Positions 1-9,352 of a DNA stretch of 64,000 bases are shown one piece after another (within the stretch, counting starts at the first letter, position 1; every line of letters begins with the position of its first letter). The notes beneath the pieces are model-generated. The model was not told where the DNA came from and ran no database searches. It saw only the letters and a list, made by a program, of their open reading frames with translations. This DNA is from a virus. The stretch is taken from positions 65,268-129,267 of IMG/VR virus record IMGVR_UViG_3300005747_000012. One strand, 5' to 3'. Both the position numbers and the translations under genes were made by a program.

Positions 1-2
1 CT

Positions 3-34
3 AAAAGCAGGGACGACAAGTGCCGCCCCACTAT
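3..34 (-). terminator. Rho-independent terminator after SSB gene
   Basis: Minus strand GGGGCGGC-ACTT-GTCGTCCC stem-loop followed by a T run, just after the SSB stop. Confidence 0.7.
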
Positions 35-46
35 TTTCTTGCGTCA

Positions 47-1048
47 TTAGTAGTCGCCTTGCTCAATCTTTTTGAAAAAGTCTTCTTCACTCATGCCGGA
101 AACACTATTGGTTGGCGCAACAACTGTTTCTACCTGAGCTGTTGTTTGAGGTGTAATTTCTCCAGTAGTGACGTTTACAACCTCATTGTTTACCTGCATT
201 TGATTTGCATTTGTTACACTTGGAGTTGGAGCTACTTCTGTTTGAGTAAAGGTGGAAACAGAATTTGTTTCTGTTTTATCTTGTGTTTTTCTGCCAAGAA
301 TTTCGTCTACAGCAACAGCACCTTCGTTTACAATCCTTGCTTCTTGCTCCGCAGTTACCGTAGGGTACACTTTGTTTAGTTCAAATGCGTCAGTTTCAAG
401 CTTGTTAAGAAGTTTTTCGTCAACACTATGGTTGAACGTAACATCGGCAACAATTTTATCGCCATTTGGCCCTATCATTTCTTGTTTTTGCTTATACTCT
501 TGAACAGTATAAACAGTATCTCTACCTTTACCTGAGCGTGAAAAAACAAAAAACCTGCCATTTTCAATACCTACAGGCTCAACACCGTCAGTTTTTCTAA
601 TTCTATCAATTTCAGCTTTTAAAGCTTGATATCCTCTGTGACCAATTTTAAACAGCCCAACATTGCCTTGCAAATCAACTGCATTCATGTAATGTTTTGC
701 ATCTTGATTATATTTTCTAAGCAGTGTATTGCATTCTTCTTGCGTTGCCAAATCCCCAGAAGCTTTAGCTGCTTCCATTTTTGTTTTTAGTTGCTCACGA
801 CGAATATGTGATTGAGATTCAACCTCTACCATCCCGTCATAGTTTACAACTCTAGGTGACAAAAATGGTTTCATTCTACCATCAGTTCCAGTGTGTCCAA
901 ATTCAACTCTGTGATAAACAGACCACTTACCAGACTCAGCCAATTCCCCCATGGGCGGCAAAATTCTTAGGGTAAAAGTGTTTTGATCTTTTCTAAAAGC
1001 AAAATAATTTTTGGTATTTTGCTCATGTTTTGGTTTTCCAAGTTTCAT
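47..1048 (-). CDS. ssDNA-binding protein, T4 gp32-like
   Basis: 'FTLRILPP', 'SRSGKGRDTVYTV' and acidic/aromatic C-terminus (EEDFFKKIEQGDY); start moved to ATG 1048 (AGGAG 7 nt upstream). Confidence 0.75.
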   Translation of the reverse strand: MKLGKPKHEQNTKNYFAFRKDQNTFTLRILPPMGELAESGKWSVYHRVEFGHTGTDGRMKPFLSPRVVNYDGMVEVESQSHIRREQLKTKMEAAKASGDLATQEECNTLLRKYNQDAKHYMNAVDLQGNVGLFKIGHRGYQALKAEIDRIRKTDGVEPVGIENGRFFVFSRSGKGRDTVYTVQEYKQKQEMIGPNGDKIVADVTFNHSVDEKLLNKLETDAFELNKVYPTVTAEQEARIVNEGAVAVDEILGRKTQDKTETNSVSTFTQTEVAPTPSVTNANQMQVNNEVVNVTTGEITPQTTAQVETVVAPTNSVSGMSEEDFFKKIEQGDY

Positions 1049-1061
1049 AGCCATTCTCCTT

Positions 1062-1826
1062 TTATGCATTAGCGGCAATTTCTTTTAGGGCATCCCCAAC
1101 ACTTGTTTCATTAACTTCTGATATAGAAGATAAAGGGTTAATATTATTATTATTTGTTTCTCCTGCTACAACCATGACAACTCTAGGGTTGATTGTTCTT
1201 ATGCTTGTAGCAATATTTAGTAGAAAATTCTCATCTTTACTTCTTAGCAAAATTGGTACAACTCTTGATTTATATTCTTTGTTAACAGCTTCTTTAGAAA
1301 CTTTCTCCAAGGCATCAAGACCTACCACTTCACCGCCAACCGAATCATTAATAGCATCTTTTAAAATATCAACCATTTCAGCTTTTGTTTTTACAAACTT
1401 AGAATATTTAGATGAAAACGTCAAAGAATTATACGATACAACATCTAGATTTTTCATTTTATCTTCTAAAACATTGCCGGCAATGTCAAACACTGATGAA
1501 TTTAAATTTTTATCTTTATAAAGCTCAGGGCTTAATTGGTCAACAATTTCTTGATAAAAAGACTTGGCATCAATATTAAAACACTCAAATTTATCTTGAG
1601 CAATATCGGCAAATTCATCAGAATGACTACCAGTTACCAAAATAAACACTGCATTTTTAAGCACTTGATTTTTGTAATCAACATATAACGATTCAAGATT
1701 TTCCTTAGCCCGATCAACCTGCCCTTTTTTATAAGGATAAGCTCTAGGGCTTATAGTGTTTAGATCGGTTTCTGCAATCTTTTTTTCTTCATTAATTTTT
1801 GTCAAAATTTCTTTAAAACTCATCAC
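1062..1826 (-). CDS. hypothetical protein (possibly degenerate P-loop kinase-like fold)
   Basis: 254 aa ORF with AGGAG RBS; 'FILVTGSHSDEF' lacks GKS/T. Confidence 0.6.
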   Translation of the reverse strand: MMSFKEILTKINEEKKIAETDLNTISPRAYPYKKGQVDRAKENLESLYVDYKNQVLKNAVFILVTGSHSDEFADIAQDKFECFNIDAKSFYQEIVDQLSPELYKDKNLNSSVFDIAGNVLEDKMKNLDVVSYNSLTFSSKYSKFVKTKAEMVDILKDAINDSVGGEVVGLDALEKVSKEAVNKEYKSRVVPILLRSKDENFLLNIATSIRTINPRVVMVVAGETNNNNINPLSSISEVNETSVGDALKEIAANA

Positions 1827-1833
1827 ATCTCCT

Positions 1834-1965
1834 TTAAAGATATATTATACTAACATAAACAGCCAACATATAAAACAAAAAAATCACGCTACATAAAAGA
1901 AAAGCACTAAAAAAAAGAGCAATTTCTTTAAATAAGCTTAAAATATTTTTGAAAATCTTCTTCAT
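1834..1965 (-). CDS. small membrane peptide (43 aa)
   Basis: Hand-translated MKKIFKNILSLFKEIALFFSAFLLCSVIFLFYMLAVYVSIIYL; fills the gap, stop abuts the next RBS. Confidence 0.4.
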   Translation of the reverse strand: MKKIFKNILSLFKEIALFFSAFLLCSVIFLFYMLAVYVSIIYL

Positions 1966-2161
1966 CTGTATATTTGTTTTTCATTTCTTCCATTTCAGCT
2001 ACGCCTTTTTCACTGACTGGAAAATTTTTTTCAGCTATAAACCTGTCTTTCATGTAGTTAATTTCAAACACATAAGAACTCTCATCCATTTTTATGTAAA
2101 TATTTAAATAACATTTATTTGGAACAACTTCAATTTCTTCTAATTTATTTTTAAAGATCAA
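1928..2161 (-). CDS. hypothetical protein
   Basis: TTG start with AGGAG RBS, downstream of a TGATATTAT promoter. Confidence 0.65.
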   Translation of the reverse strand: MIFKNKLEEIEVVPNKCYLNIYIKMDESSYVFEINYMKDRFIAEKNFPVSEKGVAEMEEMKNKYTDEEDFQKYFKLI

Positions 2162-2183
2162 TTTAAATCTCCTGTTTAAAACT

Positions 2184-2192
2184 ATAATATCA
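2184..2192 (-). promoter_or_regulatory. extended -10 promoter (TGATATTAT)
   Basis: One of 13 or more intergenic TGATA(T/C/A)(T/C)AT copies oriented toward downstream genes. Confidence 0.65.
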
Positions 2193-2201
2193 TAGTTTTT
2201 A

Positions 2202-5200
2202 TTAAACTAAAACCTCTTCCACAATTACACTGTCAATGTTGGTGTGATACCTTTCCCTTCCCATCTTTCGATGCATAAACAGAAAAATTACAGAATTCTT
2301 TTTTAAATTTTCTGGATATTCAAGTATTCCAGTGTCATAATCTGGCCAAATTACAAATTCTTCTAAATGACCGTCTACATCAACATTCATTTTTAAAGCT
2401 TTCTTCTCTCTATTTGGCCCGTAAGAAAACTCCTTGCTTTCAACAACATACCCAGCAACACAAAAGGTAATTACCTGTCTGCTATCTTGCTCAACTGGCA
2501 ATTCTTTTATCTTCTGATAGGTCTTACCATTGATCATACGTGTTTCTTTACCACATTCACTCATTGCATAAACTGAAGTTCCAGTATCAATAATTTTTAC
2601 ATTGTTTGAATTTTCTTTAATAATATCATGTAATACCATAGGCATTGTTGGGAAAATTGATTTTTTTAATATGTAATCTTTCATTGGGTTCATGAAAGCA
2701 TATTTCATATCAATAACACCTTTTCTAATTTCATGTTTGCAACGTCTTGTTTTGGGATGTTTTTTAGCAGCTTCAATAAATTTCTCAAGTGGTTGATTTA
2801 GCACAATCTCACCCTCAGATTTTTCAAAAATCTTTTTTTTGTATTTCCAAACCTCTACAGCATCTTTATATGCCTGCATTTTTTCCATTAAATTCATTTT
2901 TGAATCAAATAAACTATCCAAAACCCCGATGTGGGTAAGTTTTTCAGCAAGAGCTGTGCCAAGAACTTCTTTTTCAACTAACTCATTTATATTAGCATAT
3001 GGGCGATTTTCTGTAATTTTATTTGCCGCTTTTTCACCTAAACCTCTTAATACAGATAGTTTATTTCTAATCGTACCTGAATTATAATCAATAACCATTT
3101 CTTCTTTTGATAAATTGATGTCTGGTGGCGATAAAATATTTCTGACATAAGGCCATAAAATTTCAGTAATTTCTTTTTCCTCTGCATTAGAAAGAACAGC
3201 CGCCCACCATTCAAGGGGGTAATGATATTTTAAATAAGCACATGCGTATGCAACCATAGAATAAGCAACAGCATGAGATTTGTTAAAGCCGTATCGACCA
3301 AACTTTTCAATCATAGCCCAAATAGTTTCGGCAGTATAAGTGTCAACCCTACCGGTTGCTGCTGATGCTTCGATAAACTGAGGTTTTAATTCCTCAATCA
3401 TTCTCAGCTTTTTCTTACCAACGGCAATACGCACATCTTCAGCTTTTTCGTCATCCCAGCCAGTAAGTTCTTTTGTAATTTTAGTAATTTGTTCCTGATA
3501 AACCATAACACCGTAAGTCTCAGGAAGAAGCTCGTCAAGAATAGGAATCTCACCTTTACTTCTACCATGCCTACGCTCAACATATTCTTGAGCCATGTTT
3601 CTACCAGTTCTTTCGTCAACAAATTCAAGAGGTCCCGGCCTGACAAGCGATGTAACAACAGCACAGTCTTCAACAGACCGTGGTTTCATGTCAATAACAT
3701 AAGGTGTAACTGATGTGGTGTTAAGCTGGAATACGGTTTCAGTTTTACCCTCGCCAAGCATGTCAAATACTTCTGGCTCTTCTGGCAAATCCCAAATGTA
3801 AACACTGTCGCCTTTATGAAAAAAATGTCCCGATTCTAATTTTCCAACATTTCCATTTTTATAATAATTTTTTTTGTTAATATTTTCAATTGCAAGTTGA
3901 ATGTCATTTAAAACTTTAATAATAAGAAAATCATATTTTATAAGACCTGCTTCTTCTACTTCCTTTGCTTCATATTGGGTAATATTTTCATGTCCACTAA
4001 CTTTCATAATTGGAATAATGTCAGTTAGCAATTTGTTTGAAATAACAAAAGCAGATGCATGTCTTCCATTTTGCCTAGAAATACCTAGTGTTCTTTTTAC
4101 AATTTCCCATTCTTTAGGCCTTTCTTGGGTATAAGCTTTTAATTTTTCGTCTTTATCAAGCAATCCAGCTACGTGATTTCCTTCATTATCTTCATATCCA
4201 AAAACAAAATCGGCATCAGAAATACCTTGCGGTGTAGCTTCAAGGTTTTTGGCAAATCTTTCTATTTCTTCTTCTACCTTGCCAAATTTAAAACGGTTTA
4301 CATCTCTGATAGATGATTTAAGTTTCATAATAGTTCTGGTAGAAACTTGCGCCCATCTTTCATTATAATGAGTGTTAAAAAAACCATTTTTTTCAATTAA
4401 CAAATCTCTTGAGTTAAGGTCAACATCAACATCTGGAAGGCTTCCTGATAAAATACGCCCAAGAGTTAAGAATCTAGAAAAATAAAGACCATATTTAATC
4501 GGGTCAATTTGGGTAATTCCCATACAGTACATAAGAAAAGAGCCGCCAGCCGAACCACGGGCAGGCCCTACAACCCTACCTTTTTCTTTGTAATAATTAA
4601 TAATCCCACTAATAGGAAAGAAATATGGGAGTAGATCAATCTTGCCATTCCCATGAATTACCTTGATCTCATGTTGTAGACGTTCACGATGAATAGGATT
4701 AGATTCGTCAAATCTACCAACTTTTTTAATTAAATCAAGCGTAGCTTTTAGATGGTTGTCATGTTCTTTTACAAGCTGATAGTCATATTTAAGTTCAAAA
4801 TTGTCAAACTTTGACGCAAAATTATAACTATTTTGCACCATTTTTTCAATTTCTAATGTGTCATATACGTTACTTAAAACCGGTAGAACATCATTAATAT
4901 TACATATATGGTGATTTGTATAAAGCTTAATTTCTTCACCAAGTTTTAAATCTTGAACCAGCTTATCATCTTTCTTGGCTAGATATGAGTAGTCATTAAT
5001 AAGCATTGGTACTTTATATCTTTCACAAAAAGCTTTCATAAACTTATTGTAAGTTTCATAAACATCAGTACCCATTGATTTAAAATCTTTGTGATTACAA
5101 GCCGAAACAATATCTCTATTCACCTTGTACCCAATTCCGTTTACATAAAGCTTTTTAATTGATTTATGCTTACCATGTTTATCAGCTACTTCTTTAAGTG

Positions 5201-5840
5201 ACACCCTAAATGTTTTAGCATAGTCAGTTTCAGCCATAATTGTAGAGTCAAGCGTAACCGTTTCCCCATTAACAAATGTAAAAATACTAGAAGTAACCCA
5301 CTTCTTGTCAAATTTCATTGGAATAATTGAGCCATAAAAATTATTAGCAAAAGCTCCAGCCAATCTTTTAAATGTATTTAATGCAAGCTCATGCTCACCA
5401 ATCAATAAATTTTTAGACACGACACACTGAGGCCCACCTACAACGGCAACAAAACCTTTTTCCGCAAACGCCTCAAGGTCTTTTATGTTAAATAGTGGAT
5501 ATTCTTGTTCAAGAATTTCAATAGTAGTACGAGTTTTATCTGACAATTGTTTTACAAGATATTGATATTGCTCTTGATTTCGAGCATGAAGAGTAATTGT
5601 ATAGTATTTAATTTTACTACTAAGCGAATCATCTTTAACGTAAATCTCACAACCAAGAATAGGTTTAAGCCCTTTCTTTTTAGCTAGATTATATGCTTTA
5701 AGTGCATTGGTTAAATAGCCGTTGTCTGTGCAAACATAGTAGCCAGTGCCAAGTTCTTTAAACTTATCTACCATAGCCTCTACGGTAGAGCCAGTTAAAA
5801 AACTAGAAGGGTGTGAATTTGGTGTTACAAAGTTTTTCAT
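2202..5840 (-). CDS. dnaE: DNA polymerase III alpha subunit (family C)
   Basis: PHP N-terminus (KPILGCEIY), 'GPARGSAGGS', catalytic 'PDVDVD', 'KYDFL', 'VYQEQ', 'YGFNKSHAVAYS', C-terminal OB fold. Confidence 0.97.
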   Translation of the reverse strand: MKNFVTPNSHPSSFLTGSTVEAMVDKFKELGTGYYVCTDNGYLTNALKAYNLAKKKGLKPILGCEIYVKDDSLSSKIKYYTITLHARNQEQYQYLVKQLSDKTRTTIEILEQEYPLFNIKDLEAFAEKGFVAVVGGPQCVVSKNLLIGEHELALNTFKRLAGAFANNFYGSIIPMKFDKKWVTSSIFTFVNGETVTLDSTIMAETDYAKTFRVSLKEVADKHGKHKSIKKLYVNGIGYKVNRDIVSACNHKDFKSMGTDVYETYNKFMKAFCERYKVPMLINDYSYLAKKDDKLVQDLKLGEEIKLYTNHHICNINDVLPVLSNVYDTLEIEKMVQNSYNFASKFDNFELKYDYQLVKEHDNHLKATLDLIKKVGRFDESNPIHRERLQHEIKVIHGNGKIDLLPYFFPISGIINYYKEKGRVVGPARGSAGGSFLMYCMGITQIDPIKYGLYFSRFLTLGRILSGSLPDVDVDLNSRDLLIEKNGFFNTHYNERWAQVSTRTIMKLKSSIRDVNRFKFGKVEEEIERFAKNLEATPQGISDADFVFGYEDNEGNHVAGLLDKDEKLKAYTQERPKEWEIVKRTLGISRQNGRHASAFVISNKLLTDIIPIMKVSGHENITQYEAKEVEEAGLIKYDFLIIKVLNDIQLAIENINKKNYYKNGNVGKLESGHFFHKGDSVYIWDLPEEPEVFDMLGEGKTETVFQLNTTSVTPYVIDMKPRSVEDCAVVTSLVRPGPLEFVDERTGRNMAQEYVERRHGRSKGEIPILDELLPETYGVMVYQEQITKITKELTGWDDEKAEDVRIAVGKKKLRMIEELKPQFIEASAATGRVDTYTAETIWAMIEKFGRYGFNKSHAVAYSMVAYACAYLKYHYPLEWWAAVLSNAEEKEITEILWPYVRNILSPPDINLSKEEMVIDYNSGTIRNKLSVLRGLGEKAANKITENRPYANINELVEKEVLGTALAEKLTHIGVLDSLFDSKMNLMEKMQAYKDAVEVWKYKKKIFEKSEGEIVLNQPLEKFIEAAKKHPKTRRCKHEIRKGVIDMKYAFMNPMKDYILKKSIFPTMPMVLHDIIKENSNNVKIIDTGTSVYAMSECGKETRMINGKTYQKIKELPVEQDSRQVITFCVAGYVVESKEFSYGPNREKKALKMNVDVDGHLEEFVIWPDYDTGILEYPENLKKNSVIFLFMHRKMGRERYHTNIDSVIVEEVLV

Positions 5841-6139
5841 TTATTCCTTAATTTAACTCTAACTGATCTTATATATTTCCACAAAAATTGCCTAACCCTT
5901 TCTCTTGTACAAGTTCCATATACAGAATGTATTAGTTCTAATTTGTCTATAGTAACAGTAGAATCGTATGCATACATATGAGCAATTTTCATACATTTAC
6001 CTTTTATTGCCCATCTTTGATCTTTTTCAAAATAGTATCGAACTAAAAATTTTGAAGGGAAGTCAAAATGGCTTGTGTATAAGTATAAATTATACTCAAT
6101 AAATACCCTGATTGATTTCCACATATTTTTCATTTTCAT
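5837..6139 (-). CDS. hypothetical protein
   Basis: 100 aa ORF, ATGA overlap with dnaE start. Confidence 0.6.
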   Translation of the reverse strand: MKMKNMWKSIRVFIEYNLYLYTSHFDFPSKFLVRYYFEKDQRWAIKGKCMKIAHMYAYDSTVTIDKLELIHSVYGTCTRERVRQFLWKYIRSVRVKLRNK

Positions 6140-6146
6140 TTATTTC

Positions 6147-6221
6147 CTAAAAAATTAAATCTGCTATATAAATCATTGTTATTAAGATAATAGGAATTAA
6201 TACTGGATACCATGCTTCCAT
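6147..6221 (-). CDS. small hydrophobic peptide (24 aa)
   Basis: MEAWYPVLIPIILITMIYIADLIF; TAATG overlap with upstream stop, GAGGTG RBS. Confidence 0.5.
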   Translation of the reverse strand: MEAWYPVLIPIILITMIYIADLIF

Positions 6222-6445
6222 TATTTCACCTCTACCTTTACAGCTCTCCAGTGTTTACAGTCATGCTCTCTTGTAGCTGCTCTTCTACAGTCTTCGTCAA
6301 GACATAAATGGCCTTTGCCAAAGTTATGTTCGCCTATGTTTTCTCTATGGTTGTCACACCACCAATGATATCTTTCAGTAATTACTGGATTACAGGCGAC
6401 AATAAATAGCAAAAAAAACCCTATAAATTTACTCATCTTCATCAA
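6221..6445 (-). CDS. small putative lipoprotein, Cys/His-rich
   Basis: Hydrophobic N-terminus ending in lipobox-like IVA-C; four further Cys. Confidence 0.55.
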   Translation of the reverse strand: MMKMSKFIGFFLLFIVACNPVITERYHWWCDNHRENIGEHNFGKGHLCLDEDCRRAATREHDCKHWRAVKVEVK

Positions 6446-6689
6446 TATCCTTTAAGCATTTTTGCAATATATCTAGCATTTCTGTTTTATCTGGTTCTAT
6501 TTCCCACAATTTATCTACACATTCACGCAGTTTTTTATTAATTGGCAATAGCTCCATATATCTAGTCTGAAACATTAGAATATCTTTTCTTAATTTTTTG
6601 TTTTCTACTTTAAGTTTTTCAATAATAGTTTTTTTGCGTTTATTATCCGTTTCAATTCTTTTAATATGTGCTTTTTGGAACTCATTCAT
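6429..6689 (-). CDS. hypothetical coiled-coil protein
   Basis: 86 aa, GGAG RBS, overlaps neighbours. Confidence 0.6.
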   Translation of the reverse strand: MNEFQKAHIKRIETDNKRKKTIIEKLKVENKKLRKDILMFQTRYMELLPINKKLRECVDKLWEIEPDKTEMLDILQKCLKDIDEDE

Positions 6690-6975
6690 CTGTAAACTCC
6701 ATCCTTGCTATTTCTTTTTTTAGATTTTTAACTCTACGTTTTAGCATAGCTAATAGCTTTTTTCTTTTCTTTCTGGGAAGTTTGATGCTGCGTATGTCAT
6801 GGTAAGTTCCTATTTCATATCCCAAAAGATTCATTTCAAAACTAAGCTTACTTCCAGACCTTGAACTTTCTACAAACTCTATTGTACTGCCTTTTTTAAA
6901 CTCATACAGAGTTCCACTGTTTTTAAGAGTAGCTATTGATTTTAATATGCTTGAATATGTTAGTTCTTTACTCAT
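6682..6975 (-). CDS. hypothetical protein
   Basis: Likely start MSKELTY coupled to the upstream micro-ORF stop. Confidence 0.55.
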   Translation of the reverse strand: MSKELTYSSILKSIATLKNSGTLYEFKKGSTIEFVESSRSGSKLSFEMNLLGYEIGTYHDIRSIKLPRKKRKKLLAMLKRRVKNLKKEIARMEFTDE

Positions 6976-7054
6976 CTTCCCACTCCCACTTATTTTCATA
7001 ATCTAAATATCCCCAATCGTCTTTTTTGCCTACGTTTGTAAATGGCGGTATCAT
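6968..7054 (-). CDS. small peptide (28 aa, Trp/acid-rich)
   Basis: MIPPFTNVGKKDDWGYLDYENKWEWEDE; preceded by the same 22 bp leader as the gene at 7303-7704. Confidence 0.5.
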   Translation of the reverse strand: MIPPFTNVGKKDDWGYLDYENKWEWEDE

Positions 7055-7076
7055 ACCTATCTTATCCTTTTAACTA
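7055..7076. repeat. 22 bp direct repeat, copy 1
   Basis: acctatcttatccttttaacta, identical to 7705-7726. Confidence 0.9.
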
Positions 7077-7081
7077 TTTTA

Positions 7082-7300
7082 TTATAACTTCTCACTCTTT
7101 GCAGTTTTTAAATCAGCTTTTAGCTTTGCTATTTTTTCCCCTGCTTTATAGGAGGTGTTTCGCCACATTTCTTTTTCAGCGTCAAGTTTTCTGATTTCTT
7201 TTTGAAGCTCTTTAACTTGCTTTTTTAAATCCTCAATTTGTTCTTCTAAAACAAATACTACAGGAGGTGTTGTAAATTTAGTATCGTCATCTTTAATCAT
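7082..7300 (-). CDS. hypothetical coiled-coil protein
   Basis: 72 aa with heptad pattern. Confidence 0.6.
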   Translation of the reverse strand: MIKDDDTKFTTPPVVFVLEEQIEDLKKQVKELQKEIRKLDAEKEMWRNTSYKAGEKIAKLKADLKTAKSEKL

Positions 7301-7302
7301 TT

Positions 7303-7704
7303 TTACATCTTTTCTATCGCTAACTTAGCCAGTTTTATACCTAACTGAACGCCTGAATCGAATACACAAGATATTTCTCTATCCCATGTTAAGTCTTCGG
7401 GCCAACTAGTGTTTGCGTCATCAGGCCATTCAAACACTATTTTTCCATTTAACACAATATATACCATATTCTCATTGCCTCTTAAGGCATGCAACTTGTT
7501 ATCGTTTGGAAATACAACTTCTTCAATTTTGAAACACTTAGGCATACGTTTTACATTTATATGTCTTTTAAAATATTTAATTGCGCTGTCTTTGGCTTCA
7601 GGTGCTACTTCTGTTATATAAGAGTCATATTCAGATATTGTTCTTACCCACTCTTTTCCATTCATTACTTTATAATCTTTGTCGGTTGTTATTTTGAGTA
7701 TCAC
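7303..7704 (-). CDS. hypothetical protein
   Basis: 133 aa, GTG start after AAGGA/AGGT leader. Confidence 0.65.
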   Translation of the reverse strand: MILKITTDKDYKVMNGKEWVRTISEYDSYITEVAPEAKDSAIKYFKRHINVKRMPKCFKIEEVVFPNDNKLHALRGNENMVYIVLNGKIVFEWPDDANTSWPEDLTWDREISCVFDSGVQLGIKLAKLAIEKM

Positions 7705-7726
7705 ACCTATCTTATCCTTTTAACTA
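7705..7726. repeat. 22 bp direct repeat, copy 2
   Basis: Identical to 7055-7076. Confidence 0.9.
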
Positions 7727-7728
7727 GT

Positions 7729-7797
7729 TTATGATTGAAAAACCCTGTATAGTAAATATCCTATGATATAAAACAAAATAGTTAAAAATATAGTCAT
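7729..7797 (-). CDS. small hydrophobic peptide (22 aa)
   Basis: MTIFLTILFYIIGYLLYRVFQS fills the gap; no clear RBS. Confidence 0.35.
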   Translation of the reverse strand: MTIFLTILFYIIGYLLYRVFQS

Positions 7798-7808
7798 TTT
7801 AGAATATT

Positions 7809-8213
7809 TCATTTTAATTTTTCTAAAAATGCTCTGGTTATACACCCTAAAGAATCTGGGTCAAATTCATCATAGTGGTGTTTTGGGTCTTGTGTTTGCC
7901 ATGATTCAAGTAGCTGCTTTGCATCATCTAGCCTACCATTAGATAGCTCTAACTTATTCTTTAAAGTTTTTTTAATTTCATTACTCGAATTTAACTCATC
8001 TTTAAAACATTGTATTTTAGTTTTAAGTTGTTCAATTTTAATAGCTTGTTGATCAATTAGATAATCTGCATTTTGCATAGACAAAGCTTTTAAACTATGC
8101 ACATACTTCTCAACATCCTCCAGCCAATCCCTTTCCAATGAACCTTGGTGTAGAGTTCTTCTTAAGGCATACATGGTTGATTCGTATTTTTTCTTTAAGA
8201 TGTTTTCACTCAT
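7809..8213 (-). CDS. hypothetical coiled-coil protein
   Basis: 134 aa, AAGGA RBS. Confidence 0.65.
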   Translation of the reverse strand: MSENILKKKYESTMYALRRTLHQGSLERDWLEDVEKYVHSLKALSMQNADYLIDQQAIKIEQLKTKIQCFKDELNSSNEIKKTLKNKLELSNGRLDDAKQLLESWQTQDPKHHYDEFDPDSLGCITRAFLEKLK

Positions 8214-8225
8214 TTCATTCCTTTT

Positions 8226-8435
8226 TTATGATTCCCATTTATAATGGTCTATTATATATTGAACATCTTCAAAAAGAATTTTTCCCTTACCGTCATGGGG
8301 AGGTAGCATGCCTTCTCCTACTAGCAAATCTAAAAGTTCAGAAAAATATTCTTTTTGAGACATACCCCTGCCTACTGAGGGGAATGTTTCTTCGTGAAAA
8401 TCTATTAGTTTGGAAATCACTTCATTTTTTTTCAT
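8226..8435 (-). CDS. hypothetical protein
   Basis: 69 aa ORF in co-directional cluster. Confidence 0.6.
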   Translation of the reverse strand: MKKNEVISKLIDFHEETFPSVGRGMSQKEYFSELLDLLVGEGMLPPHDGKGKILFEDVQYIIDHYKWES

Positions 8436-8493
8436 TTTTTTAAGCCTTCTTCTAATATAGAAAAAACTTTTCTCATTTTAAATTCAAAAGCCA

Positions 8494-9138
8494 TTAAAAC
8501 TCCACAATTTTAAGTAAATCATTATCTTGACCTTGACTCAATAGATTGGCTTTACTGGCATCTTTTATTAGATTGCAAAGTCTAATATAAATCTCTTTTT
8601 GCATATGAACGTCATCTCTGGCTTGGTGAGCCTTACCTTTAGGTAATTCAAAATATTCAATCAAACTACTAATACTACCAACATTGCTAGGCAGCATTTC
8701 CATGTCCTTTAGCCATGTAACAATATTTGTAGTATCTAATGGGTTGTGATTAATACCAGCTTTCTTGGCTTGGTCTTCGGTTAGGAAACCCTGAGCTTCC
8801 ATGAATGGAATATCAAAGTATGTGATGTTTTGACCAAGATAACGAAAATGAGTGCGTTTTTTAGGAATTTTATGTTTAGCCAGCATTTCTAATAACTTGG
8901 CTCTACCTTCTGTATAAGTGAGTGTGTTTGGGTCTAGAAGTTGAGATTCTGGATCAATACCAGTAACTTTAAAAGCTTGCTCTTCTCCGTGGATTTCACC
9001 ATCATCATTTTTCATGTAAAGATGGAGTTCATCTAATAGATTCCACTCTTTATCCCAGATAGCAAAATAAGCTTCTGTAATTGTATGGTTGTATTTGTCA
9101 AAGCCACCTGTTTCTAAATCGAATCCTAAATAGTGCAT
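8494..9138 (-). CDS. dnaQ: DnaQ-like DEDDh 3'-5' exonuclease (epsilon-like)
   Basis: ExoI 'FDLETGG', ExoII 'GQNITYFD', ExoIII 'HQARDDV'. Confidence 0.88.
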   Translation of the reverse strand: MHYLGFDLETGGFDKYNHTITEAYFAIWDKEWNLLDELHLYMKNDDGEIHGEEQAFKVTGIDPESQLLDPNTLTYTEGRAKLLEMLAKHKIPKKRTHFRYLGQNITYFDIPFMEAQGFLTEDQAKKAGINHNPLDTTNIVTWLKDMEMLPSNVGSISSLIEYFELPKGKAHQARDDVHMQKEIYIRLCNLIKDASKANLLSQGQDNDLLKIVEF

Positions 9139-9332
9139 TATTTTCTTTCCTTATAGTCATCATAGTAACTTAACTTAACTTCTGTCAGAATTTCGATACC
9201 TACAATTCTACCATCTTTATCAAAATCAATATAGATACCATTGCCCATATCCTGAGTTCTTAGTGGTTTGAATTCTTCTTTAAATTCTCTGACTTGCAAA
9301 TAGCTTGCATAATTTCCGATTTTTAAATCCAT
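9138..9332 (-). CDS. DUF2283-like small protein
   Basis: 'GIYIDFDKDGRIVGIEIL' pattern typical of DUF2283. Confidence 0.7.
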   Translation of the reverse strand: MDLKIGNYASYLQVREFKEEFKPLRTQDMGNGIYIDFDKDGRIVGIEILTEVKLSYYDDYKERK

Positions 9333-9343
9333 ACTTATACCTT

Positions 9344-9352
9344 ATAATATCA
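9344..9352 (-). promoter_or_regulatory. extended -10 promoter (TGATATTAT)
   Basis: Motif 11 nt upstream of ATG 9332. Confidence 0.65.

Noticed and set aside
5080-5310. DnaE insertion as a mini-intein
   Set aside because: Too short, with no block B His and no HN-C/S/T junction
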